The notes beneath the pieces were generated by a model, which did no database searches, was not told the DNA's origin, and worked only from the letters and a program-made list of their open reading frames with translations. A stretch of DNA of 64,000 bases from Auanema rhodensis (lineage: Eukaryota > Animalia > Nematoda): positions 16,740,001 through 16,804,000 of the forward strand of contig OZ059895.1 in the NCBI GenBank assembly GCA_964057225.1, written 5' to 3'. This document shows, one piece after another, positions 41,769 through 53,670 of this stretch. The position numbers and the translations under genes were made by a program. Each line of letters begins with the position of its first letter. Within the stretch, counting starts at the first letter, position 1.

Positions 41769-44700
41769 TACAACCATCAACCGCTCATCATGAAGTTTAC
41801 ACTTAAAATATAAATTTTAATAATAATTTAGTAATAGTTCTTGAGAAACTACCATAAAAATTATTTTGTTTGCTATTTTCTTCTTTGTAATGTGAAATGA
41901 AGAAAGAAAAATGAACTTAATGAGTACTTTTCTTTAAGAATGAAGATGATCAATTTTCCATGAATCAATAATTATTTATGAAAAATTTAAATGATTAGTT
42001 AAAGAAAAATGAAAATATTTAAATGTAAAATTAGCAAAAAATATAATAATTATATAAACTATGTGGAATATATAGTTAATATATTCTAGGTACTCGGTGG
42101 AATAGCTAATATACATCAACATATTCCTCCTCCTACTGGAAAACTTCAACGTGAACTTAGAGCATTTGCAAATTTCATTACAATCTTAGCTATAAGTATG
42201 GCAGCTGGAATATTTCTAATCGGATGTATTGTGGCTCGTTTTGAGAATATTTTGGATCATTTTGTTGTTGGATTTTTAGTTATTATTGTTGCTAATGTGC
42301 CACAAGGTATAATGACTATTCATTCAACAACACATATCTAACTATGCTATAGGATTACCGGCTACCGTTATGTCTCAGTTAAGAATTATCGCAAGACGAA
42401 TGGCTCAAAAGAATATTCTTATCAAAAAACTTGAGCTTATCGGTAAGAGCAGCTTGCTGTCGTCCTCATGACATCATCATCATATGTACTTGCTTACCTA
42501 TTATAGATGAGCTAGGAGCTGCTACCGTCATTTGTGCTGATAAATCCGGCACTTTAACAATGAATCAGATGGTAGTCTCCGATATTTGGTTCAACAACAG
42601 GCTGGTCAGTGGTCGGTTTTTTTAATTTTTTTCATTCTTTTCTATATATTGCTTTTACTATATCATATACAAATTTGCTCTGTTAGATATAACAGCAGCA
42701 ATGGCATCTGATAGAAATGCTACATTCAAGTGTTTTGTAGGTTCAAGCGTCGATTTGAAACATCCACATCTTCGAGCAATGAGAAATTCCATGGCTAAAG
42801 GTAGTGAACGTTTTGAAGATCCTCTACCGGATATACTAACTGGTATGTGTATATCAACGTTAACTATTATTATATATTATAACATTTATAGTTATGTCTG
42901 TATGTAATCGAGCTCAATTCGAAAATGTTCGACGAAGTGCACGACGTGTTTCCACGATGAGAGCTCTTCAGAAGACTGTCAGCGAAGCTATGCTTAGTGG
43001 TCCACTGAAAAAGAAATTCACAGTTGTGTATGTTTCTCAACTACGTAAAACATGTATTGCATGTTCTTTTTTGTGGTTTCAGTGATACGCGAACTGGACA
43101 AGTTTCTGAACCTAGACGAGTAACATTGAATTCTGATGCAGCTTCAATCAGTTCAAATCTAGAAGAAGAAGTATTAAGAAAGATGTCAACTCGTATGTTG
43201 TCTAGCGTACAAGCATATAGTTATCAGAAATCGTTTCAGATATATCGGAAGGGCTACCCAAACAAGCGAACGATTGTCATAAGAAAAACGAAATATTTGG
43301 TGTACCAAGTGATGTTGCATTAGTTAAATACGTTGAGCGTAATGCTTCTGTGGAAGCTATTCGTCAGCGTTATCATGTATGTTTTTTTACTAATTATATG
43401 CATATAACATATAATTATATTTAGACAGTTTTTGAAATACCTTTCAACTCAATAAGGCGATGGCAGCTGGTTGTCACCAGATGTTTGGCTGAACCTAGTA
43501 ATGAGAAAGATCTTCCTAAGCTCGGCAAGGTTTGGTTCTAAACCCAGTAAATCATATATGCTTATATAACTTGAAGGATGAATGTCGTTATGTTGTCATG
43601 ATGAAAGGAGCACCAGAAGTTATCATCAACCGGTGTGATCGTTATAGACTGAATAATGAAGTTATTCCAATTGACAGCAATTTCAAGCAAGAATGCCAGG
43701 TTTGTTTGAGCGTTTGAAGCATTTTTCAAGTTTATGATTATGATTAGTAGCATTATATATGCTTAAGGCTGCATGGGAATCATTGGGTCATCAAGGAAGA
43801 CGGGTCATAGCATTTGCTCAATGTTTCTTCAAAGGAAAATCATCAATGAAATTTGGCAATGAAGGTGGTTGGCCAGAAAAGCTAGTTTTTCTGGGAATGG
43901 CAGCTATCATGGATCCACCAAGGTAATACTCATCGAAGTGACGTAATGCGATTTCTATTCAACTTTATTCATACAGACCTGAGACATTCAATGCTATACA
44001 ACAGTGTAAACAAGCAGGAATCAAAGTCTTCATGATCACAGGAGATCATCCGACTACAGCAAATGCTTTAGCTACACAGATTGGACTGATCGAACAAGAA
44101 CCAAAGGTAATTTATATAATTATAATTAAAAAAGTAAACAAAATCAGTTATTCGCACATATTCATTCAAAATTCAAACAATATCTTCTGAGATGGGAGAC
44201 TCATCGCATACTTTACACATCAGCTGTGAATTGCTGTAAGCCATCATGATACACTGAGCACTTGAAGCTTGGTGATTCGACAATCTTCAATATTAAACTT
44301 AGCTTAAGAAACTGGTTTGTATCATTCAAAACTTACACGATAGACACCGCTGCTTCTCTCGATGTATAAGCTGTAGAAGGAATATTCGTGAGCATATATC
44401 TCCAGCATCAGTAATACAACAATGACAATACTGAGAATCTGTAGAGAATTATAATCCAAATGTACAGAAGCTAGCTAGAATCTTTCTCACCTCGATGCCA
44501 ATCCATTCAGTTGGATATGCAGGTTCGATATTTGTGTGCATCCAGTTGCTCAGCCATGTTGATCGATGAAGAAACATTGACACCGTCGTTGTAGCCCAGA
44601 AGATGATGTGCACCACATTGCTTATAGCAACTTGAACCTATAACATTCCATATATCATATAAGATTACATGATATTCAAATATACGCGAGTTAAATCCGT

Positions 44701-47628
44701 GTAAGACACATATATCTGGTACATATTAATAAATGCAAATATGATGGACATTGTTAAGAAGAAGATTGGCAACATAAGTGAACGGCTCATGCTATGCATT
44801 TCCATAGTGCCATATCCAAAGATATCAGCTGCATACATCTAGAAGTTAATTACGATATAACATGTCGAACATCTATAACACGAATACCACCACACACATG
44901 TGACTGCTGATACTATGGAATGTCAGATGAGTTGATATTGTGCCATTTTCATTAGCAGCCTATATACACACAAATTCAAATCCAATCGAATTGACATTAA
45001 GACTTTGTACCTGTTCAATAATTTGTTTCACATCTGAATCTGTTGCTTCTGTTGTTGTTAAGTTTGATGTAGTTGCTGGTTGAGAACTTGATAGTAAATC
45101 TGAGGCATAGTCTTCTGTTGGTTTTTCCGTTGAGTAATCTGTTTCATTCATCTTCAAATCATCAACATAGTCATCGTCGAGTGGTAAATCAACAACCTAA
45201 ATATATAATTAATTTATATATATATATATATATAATATAGTAATAGTATACCTGAGTATCGATATCTGTTTCACGCTTAAGTCGTTCATTAATAGCTTCC
45301 TAAAGCAATATACTAGAAGTAATCAAATCTTAAACACTAAAGATGATTTAAGGAGGTTGTACTGACCATGTCATCAACATCAGTTGTTAACGAACTGTTC
45401 GAATCATCTTTATCCTGAACATGATCATATTACTATGTGATCGGATATAGTTAATTAAATCTTACTTCTACGCTTAAAAATATTTCGATTGCATCATCAA
45501 ACTATAAATAATAATAATAATAATAATATAATTATAATAATTTACCTTTTGTTCGACACATAACTGACGATTAGTAGTTAATAAAAAAATTGAAACAGAT
45601 GCAAGCAATACTAAGGCTAATCGTTGAAGAAAATAGACACGCATCTAATGAAAAAAATAAATATTTTAAGAAGAAAATATATATTTAAAATGAAATGAAT
45701 AATTAATTTAAAAAACTTGAAGCTTATAAAAAACTTACCACCAAGTAATTTTGTATGGAGAATTTAAAATGAAATGACGCTCACGTATTGCCGTGGGTGT
45801 TATGGTAATATGCTAATGAGATGTATGCTATACGATAGGACCACCTCCATTGATTGGTTGATAAGTTCAAATAGAATGATAAATTGATAAATAGAAACTA
45901 ATTGATGATGATATTTCATAATTAAAAGGTGTTTATATTGTATTTTGATTGTATTATAGACATCATCGGTAACATTATTTTCAAATCGAAAACAGTATAT
46001 GCCGGAAAGAGATTGGGCTCTTACAACTGGAGAACAGCTACAGAATTATGGACAGGAAGATTGGGATAGCTTACTTCGACACAAGTACATCGTATTTGCT
46101 AGGTAATACGATTTATTATCTTTAGCAATAGAGAAATATCTTAAATTGCTATTTCATTCGAATGAATTGAATAAGTGCCAACAGAGTATTTTCGCAAATT
46201 CGATTTGGAAGTTATATATATAACTTCAGATTATAATGTTGTTTTTGTACTTTATGCGGTCATTATAGAACAAATCCTGATCAAAAGCTTTTGATTGTTC
46301 AAGAAGTTCGAAGACGAGGAGAGACTGTTGCGGTAACTGGTGGTGGAGTTAATGATGCTCCAGCTTTGGCTCATGCCAACGTTGGAATTGCTATGGGATT
46401 GAGCGGTATGAATTTTTTTGCTCAAAACATAAGCATTTTTTTGAATTTGAGCTTAAATATCGTATTTATTCCATTTAGGTAGTGATGTTGCCAAGCAGAC
46501 AGCTGATATTGTCTTACTTGATGACAACTTTGCATCCATTGTCATGGGCATTGAAGAAGGACGTCTGATGTTTGATAACTTAAGGCTCGAATATCATTAC
46601 GATTAGTTTAATGTATTCTTTCAATATTTCAGATTATCATTAGCTTATACATTTGCACATTTATGGCCTGAGGTTGTGCCAATCATATTATCATTCACGC
46701 TTGGTCTACCTCATGCTCTATCTCCACTTCAAGTAAACTCATTATATTATAAAACTATTAAGATTTATAAACATATTTCAGATTCTCTCAATTGATTTAG
46801 CCTCTGAAATGCCTCCAGCTGTATCTCTTGCTTATGAGCAGCCAGAGCAGGACATAATGCATACGAAACCACGAAGTAGAGCTTCACGATTACTTTCCAA
46901 AGGTCTGCTCATGTATTCGTATGTATTTGCTGGAACCGGAATCACTATTGGCTGTATTATCTCATATCTAAGTGTATACTGGTACGTCATATCATGATGA
47001 CGTTCTTCTATAAAATCGTTTTGTCTTGTAGGTATCATGATATATCTTTTCAAGATATTCTCTTTACTCAAGAGCATCATTGGAAGATCGGTGCTGCTAA
47101 CTTCACTACAGGCAAGGGTGTTGTATTGGATGAGCAGCAACAACTTTTCATCAAAGGACAAGCTGCAGCTGCTTGGCAGATTTGTTTAGTTATGTCACAG
47201 GTATGTTATTGCTTGGTTTTTTTTTTTTTTTTTGAAAAAAAATAACAAAATACCATTTAAACTGTCAAATCAAATTTCTATTTGTTCATTTATAGGTATT
47301 CCATTTATATAATTGCACAACAAGACGTGTATCAGTTTTTCGACATGGAATAACGAATGTTGTTAGTGTGCTTGCTGTTATTCTTGAGGTAAATTCAATA
47401 GTTATAACTATACTTATTATAATTTAAATTCAATTGAAGATACTCTTGTTAATAATGTTCGTCTATACACCTATCTTCCAATACGTCATGGATATACATA
47501 CTCCACCTATACATGTCTGGGCATTTGCTCCTATTGTTGGCTTATATCTGCTAACAATAAATGAAACTCGAAAATTTCTTGTACGAAATCATTCGAAAAA
47601 CAAATTCGTGAAACTTGTCAAATGGTAA
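38513..47628 (+). CDS. catp-1: Divergent type IIC-like (Na/K, H/K family) P-type ATPase alpha subunit, CATP-1-like
   Basis: Motifs [104 protein letters not shown] and [16 protein letters not shown]; ends VKLVKW*. The 5' exons (MTFE|[14 protein letters not shown]|[11 protein letters not shown]) are inferred from splice phase and are less certain. The family call is secure; the catp-1 orthology is probable. Confidence 0.8.
38986..39085. repeat. (CT)n microsatellite in ATPase intron
   Basis: Long CT run. Confidence 0.9.
41674..41768. repeat. (GA)n microsatellite with periodic GAAA interruptions in ATPase intron
   Basis: ~95 nt purine run. Confidence 0.9.
44213..45644 (-). CDS. Nested antisense gene in ATPase intron 44107-45959: ~320 aa predicted four-TM membrane glycoprotein
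   Basis: Ten coding exons joined by ~45-55 nt GT-AG introns with no stops: [33 protein letters not shown]|[12 protein letters not shown]|[16 protein letters not shown]|[16 protein letters not shown]|VVDLPL...KQIIEQ|AANENGT...MCVV|MYAAD...[31 protein letters not shown]|[23 protein letters not shown]...[10 protein letters not shown]|[15 protein letters not shown]...GVYR|[24 protein letters not shown] probable 5'UTR exon ends at a gtaagt donor near 45738. Confidence 0.85.
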
Positions 47629-48972
47629 ATTGCCTTAATTATATTTCCTATAATCAGCTATATTCGGTTTTTTGATAATATTAGCAATTTATATATTATT
47701 TGACAACAATTCTAATGCACTTATATCTTTCATTTATCTTCCATGATTGCCAAATTCTTCATTAAATATGCTCATATCATCTTCTCACTTGTTTCTTCTT
47801 CTTCTTCTTTTTTTTTTCTGACAATTTGCTCAAATTGTCTTGTTCACTCTTGACCGGGTCTAGTCTTCACTTACGTGCTTGTACATTTTGCTTAAATCTT
47901 CTTCTCTTTTTTTTAAAAACCCATTCGTGATGTGTCTCCTCGGTGTTGAAGAAATTATATTTCATTTTGTTCAATTGTTCTTTATTACAGTTGTATTTTT
48001 TTATTTTTTACTGTCAATAAATTGTCATATAAATATTTAATTATTACAATCATATTCTCTATATTCAACATCTTGGATATTACGTATATTACGTTTAGAA
48101 TTAAAGAAGGATGTGTGTATATGGTTCGTGTATATCAATCAACCAACTATCATTGATCATGATCAAGCATAATTAGATATCAAGCCTATTATAACATATT
48201 CTGTATGAGGTAATTTGTTGAAATGTTCCATTGAAACTAAACCTATTAAAGCTCCGTGATATAAGATTCTGCATGCTGCTGATTGCCATATTAGTTTTGG
48301 AATCTGAATTTTAATTTTTTTTTTTTACATACGACCTCCCGAAAAATATTGATTTGTAACTGATATTATTTATTTGTTTTCTCATATAAGTACTAATATT
48401 CATGTAAACAAAAGTTCATATTTTATCTTCAAATCCATGCTCTCTGCCATCCATTTCAAATGTCCCATAATCTAAAGTGATTCTAATATGATTTATTCAC
48501 TTATTTTTGCATTTTGATTTTTATTTCTAATCAACATTTCAGCTGTTAAGAAATAGAAAAAGAGAGAAATTTGATCAAAAGTATGACGAAAATGCAATAT
48601 GTCTCTTAGACTTACAATACATTTTGGCGTCTCCTTTACATCAGACTTTCTATTCAGAACTGTGAATATAAGCTTCCGTATAGCTGATACAACGGGTTTC
48701 AGGTATGTCCATCAAATATTTTAAAATAAATTCTTAATGTAGACTCTATTTTCTATTTTTATTGTTTTATAACAAGATGTCTGGTTATTTTCAAAACCAT
48801 CTGTCTGCAAATACAACGTCCATGTTGTCCACCATGTTGTCAATCATGTATTACCCTCCCCCCACATTTGACTTGTTTTATACATTTCGTTATTCTACTA
48901 ATCCTAAATTAATCAAAGAACTGAGTTTTATAAATGTTTTTCTAGATAAAGCATTTCTGAAACTTTTTTATA

Positions 48973-50862
48973 ATGCTTATTATTATTCTTCTAACAATAT
49001 TTATCATTATAAGTGCTTGTGGGCTTCTCACTACACTGATAGTACTGTATCCTGTAGCTATACTAGCATTCAAGTATGTTTACTATTCAAGTTTTAAGTT
49101 TATTTTAAAACTTATTTTAAAGGAAGAAAACTTCTCCAATCTATATTATTGCTTTTTCAAATTTATGTGTGGATCTCATTCAACTTTTAGTTGCTGTTTG
49201 CTATTCACTCCCTTCTTACCTGCTTCAAGTGATAAAGCTTATTTTAAATAAATATTTTATTTATTGAAAGCAGGATTGGCTATTTCCGGGAGAAGGTGAT
49301 CATCTGGGTGTTACGGCAATATCTGATTTTATAATATTTTGTTGGATTTACTTTTCTACCTCATCATCAGTTGTGGCTATTAACAGGTTTAATTTTAATT
49401 TTAAATAATTTTATTTGTTGCCAACCTCTCCCCAATGTAATTGAAATGCAAATTTCTTAGCGGTACATTAAATTAAACATATGTCTAATGTAATTCAGGC
49501 TTAATTATATGAACTATATAAAGTTTTATTAAGCCCAGACTCAGGTTCAAACTTAGGCTTGGGCTTATTATTTGCGGGGGATAAAATAAAATAAAAAACC
49601 ACAAAATAATTAAATAATTTTTATTCTTTTATTTGGTTTTTGATATAACAGTTAATATCATTTAATATTCTATCAAAATTGATCTATCTTTCGATCAACT
49701 TCGTCCGAAGGAGGGGGTAGCAACATATATAGAAGATTCAAATTATTCATATAAATTAATTATTAATTAATAATATTATTATATTTTAGAGTAATTGCTG
49801 TATGTATTCCACGTTATAATATATTTAACTATCATGTTGTACGTATCATGGTTATTATAATGATTGTAGTAGTATTTGGTGTAACTGTAGTGGCTCAACA
49901 CATACTTCCATGTTGCGCGTTGGCTTCATCTTCTATTTCTTTAACTTATTCTTATATTATTTAGAATGAGAGTTGAATATAAGATTTATTCATTTAGTTA
50001 TATGTTCATAGAAGATATTCCTAATTACATGGAAGCTGTTATACTTTTTCCTTTAAATATTTCAACTACAATAATATGTTCAATTTGCTATATTGCGGTA
50101 AGTTGAAAGCAATTTTTCTTTTTCTTCTTTTTTTTTTTTAATTTTTTTTTGTATTTTAGATTTTTGTTTATATTAAAAAAACTTCTGATAGTTCTGCCTT
50201 AAGTAAAAGTGCTCGATGTGAAAGAAAAATGAAAGAATATGGGTAAGTCAATTCAGAGTTTCAGAAGTTTTTCCAATCATTTCATTCGAAAGTTTTATTA
50301 CAACGAAGATTGTTCTCCTTTCTCTGTAGATATCTCTACATGATGTTGGGAATGTTTGATTTACGAATATTCTGCTTTATTCGATTTCATTCAAATACTT
50401 TTTGAGTTTCGTTTTTTGGTTCAAATCCAATATTTTTCCATTTCATGTGGAAAAAAATTCACGTGGAATGGAAACATTCACGTGAATACGTGACAGGATA
50501 ATCGATCAGCGATCTGATGAACTGTATTTGAATTCAAGTTTTCTATGTTACAGATATGCTTTTCAATTTTGTTTAATGTCAATAATCTATTTGGTTTGTT
50601 GGATTCTTTTTCATATTTGGGGTCGAGTTGTACCAGCTCTTGATATATCTGAAGAATGGCTTTTGATCATACATATAAGTTTATCGTTAACCAGTAGTTC
50701 AAACGCGGCAGTGTATCTTTTAAAAAATTCTGAAGTTGCTTATCCAAATCAATTGATAAACACATCTTAATTTTCCAGGTGAAACAGATTCTACACGGGG
50801 TTTTTAAAGGAAATAAAGTTAATTCGAAGTCACATGGCACCAATGTAGAAGGGAGCAATTAA
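48973..50862 (+). CDS. Nematode serpentine 7TM chemoreceptor, srx/srxa-like (paralog 1)
   Basis: Hydrophobic exons containing SPIYIIAFSNLCVD, VAINRVIAVC, QHILPCC, FSYMFIEDIPNY, SICY, KEYGYAFQFCLMSIIYLVCW and SSNAAVYLLKNSEVK. Confidence 0.85.
49416..49725. mobile_element. Possible MITE-like insertion in intron 3 of receptor paralog 1
   Basis: Imperfect terminal inverted repeats (tgttgccaacctctcc ... ggagggggtagcaaca, 13/16 match) and an internal degenerate palindrome at ~49530-49567. The intron is ~400 nt versus ~65 nt in the paralog. Confidence 0.35.
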
Positions 50863-52273
50863 TCCAATGAGTATTGAAACTGAGAAATATCAATTAATTT
50901 CAAATATTTTAAATATATTTCTTGAATAAACTTTAATTATTGTTTTATTAATGTTTAATAATGCTTGTTATTTCATCATGTTCTTTGTATTTCATACATA
51001 GTTGGTACAGCTTAAGGCTGTTGAATATACAACTTGAGTACATTACTGTATTCTGAATTCTTGAATTCATCTTGTAGTTTCTTATATTGATTGTTCTTAT
51101 TTGAATGTTTAACTGAAACGTTAACTCAATTTACTGTATTTTTGAAATATTAGAATTTCAAAAACTTCGAGGAAGTTGAAACATTCGTTAAAAACTTTTT
51201 TGCATTAAAAAATTAAATTTTTTAGGAAATGAATGAGAAGCTTAAAAGAGAGATGAGAGAGAGAGTAATCGAGAAGAAGGGACAATATTAATAATAATAA
51301 ATGTTTTTTCTCTAAATAAGTTTTTTTGACTATTCTATAGAGTTGGGTGAGAAAAGGGGGGGGGGGGCTGCGAATCAATGCAACCACCTAATGCTATCCA
51401 AAACGTTGTCCTATATTCTTAAAAATCTTTTTTTTTCTTGTATATTAACTGAATATATGTTATATACAAACTAGCAAAGTTTATATAAAATAAAATAATT
51501 TTTGCAGTTTGGAGGGGTGTTCTGGGGGCTTGAAGAACAAGTCTGAAGTTCATCGCAAAGGACTGCAGGTTATTTCAATGAAATGTTGCAAGTACGTGGA
51601 AACATCTGCAGAAAAGCCAAATTTATATTCTAAAAATATTATTTTAGCCAAGAAGAAGATGAAGAAGATGAAGTATGTTATTCAAAATTAAGCAAATGAT
51701 GTATGTATATGTAGATCTATTGGGAAAAAAACTCAACCAAACTTATGCTTGAACGATTAATTTGAAGAAAACTTTCCTTTTCAGAATATCCATTTAACTT
51801 TATTGTATGTTTTTCATACGTTAATGAACATATTAATCTTTGAAAATATAATTTTAACAAGGAAATATAAATATGATTTGAATATCTTGAGTAAAGGTCA
51901 GCCTAGGATAAAGCTCTCAAGTTGTTGGATAATCCTTCATCTTCAACAAGCTTACCAAATATGATGATACTTACTTAACATATATCATTTCACATTTAAA
52001 CATATAATGAATAAAGAGAATCTCATTAAATCTATGGGAAATATGGTTTGATATTAATTCAGAAGTAATACCAAAAATCAAATGTTTGTGCAGTTTCATT
52101 ATGAAGGCGATTCTCATGGCTCCTGGGTACGCCTGATTATTCGTTTGTTTTCATTTCAATATCATTAGGTTATCAGATAAACTGCTTCAGTATATTACAT
52201 ATATATCTTCTCTTAACTATACATCCTATCTCTTAACTCTATATATGTTAAAATTTCAGAAGTTTACTCATCC

Positions 52274-53670
52274 ATGCTTAAGATTTTCCTTCTCGTTCTA
52301 TTCACTATTGCAAATTTTTTTGGACTACTGGCCACTCTACTAGTGCTATATCCTGTAGCTATACTAGCATTCAAGTATGTTCACTATTCAAGTTTTAAGT
52401 TTATTTTAAAACTTATTTTAAAGGAAGAAAACTTCTCCAATCTATATTATTGCTTTTTCAAATCTTTGTATTGATACTATTCAACTTTTAGTATCCATTG
52501 GATATTGTTTACCTTCATATATTTTAGATGTAAATTCTAATAATAATAATAATAACTATATCATATATGTACTTTAGAATCAGCTGTTTTCTGGTGATCG
52601 ATATAGTTTACCTGTAAAAATAGTATCAGACATTGTCATATTCTGTTGGTATACTCTTACAACTTCACAACTATTTACAGCTATTAATAGGTATGCCAAT
52701 ATCATACAACATAGCATTATCTGATTCAATATTGTTTGTTTTTGTTGTTTGCAGATTTGTTGTTGTTTGTTTTCCACGACATAATATATTTACATCGAAA
52801 GTTGTCTTTGCTTTTCTATTTCTGCAACAATCTGGTGCTCTAATCATAACTGTAATCACTCAACATATTCTACCATGTTGTGCGTATGTGCCCCATTTGC
52901 AGGATGAAAACAGTTTTATGAAAATAATTTTTGTTTCAGATTTTCGGTTGATTTTGAATTATATTCTTATTCATATAACACTAAGGAAAATATTCCAAAC
53001 TATACAAATACATATGTTGATTTGCCACTTAATTCAGCAACTTCAATAATCAGTGCACTTTGCTATGTATCTGTAAGCTTATCTTGAGTCGTTATGTAAG
53101 CCTATATTCATGAGTTCTATCTTCAGATATTCGTCTATGTCAAGAAATCATCAGCCAGTTCTTCATTGAGTAAGGCAGCCAGAAGTCAAAGACGGATGAA
53201 AGAGAATGTGTCAGTTCATTTCAATTATTAAACCAAAAAAAAAGCAAAACTTTATTGGCTGTATGTCACATGATGTTACATCTCGTGAACATGCTTAAAT
53301 CTTTTTAATATAATTATATAAAAATTTGTATTTTACAGATATGCTTTTCAATTTTGTTTAATTTCAATAATCTATTTGTGCTGTTGGGTGTTGTTCCGTA
53401 TCTGGCCGCAAACTGTATTCAATTGGAATATCTCCATATATTGGCTTATGCTCACACCCATATGTATAATCTTCAATAGTAGTGCTAATTCAACTGTTTA
53501 TCTTATCACAAATACTGAGGTTATTCTAGCTTAATGCTTGTTAAGTTGAAAAAAATGTTTGTTGTTTACAGGTCAGACAAATTGTGCGCAACGTATTCAG
53601 GAAAGGAAATGCCATCTCAGCAGCATCAAATAGCAAAGGTGCATCAGATATGACGAAATATTCCACTTAA
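52274..53670 (+). CDS. Nematode serpentine 7TM chemoreceptor, srx/srxa-like (paralog 2)
   Basis: Same exon structure as paralog 1: TAINRFVVVCFP, QHILPCC, YSYSYNTKENIPNY, YAFQFCLISIIYLCCWVLFRIWP and SANSTVYLITNTEVR; stop at 53668-53670. Confidence 0.85.
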
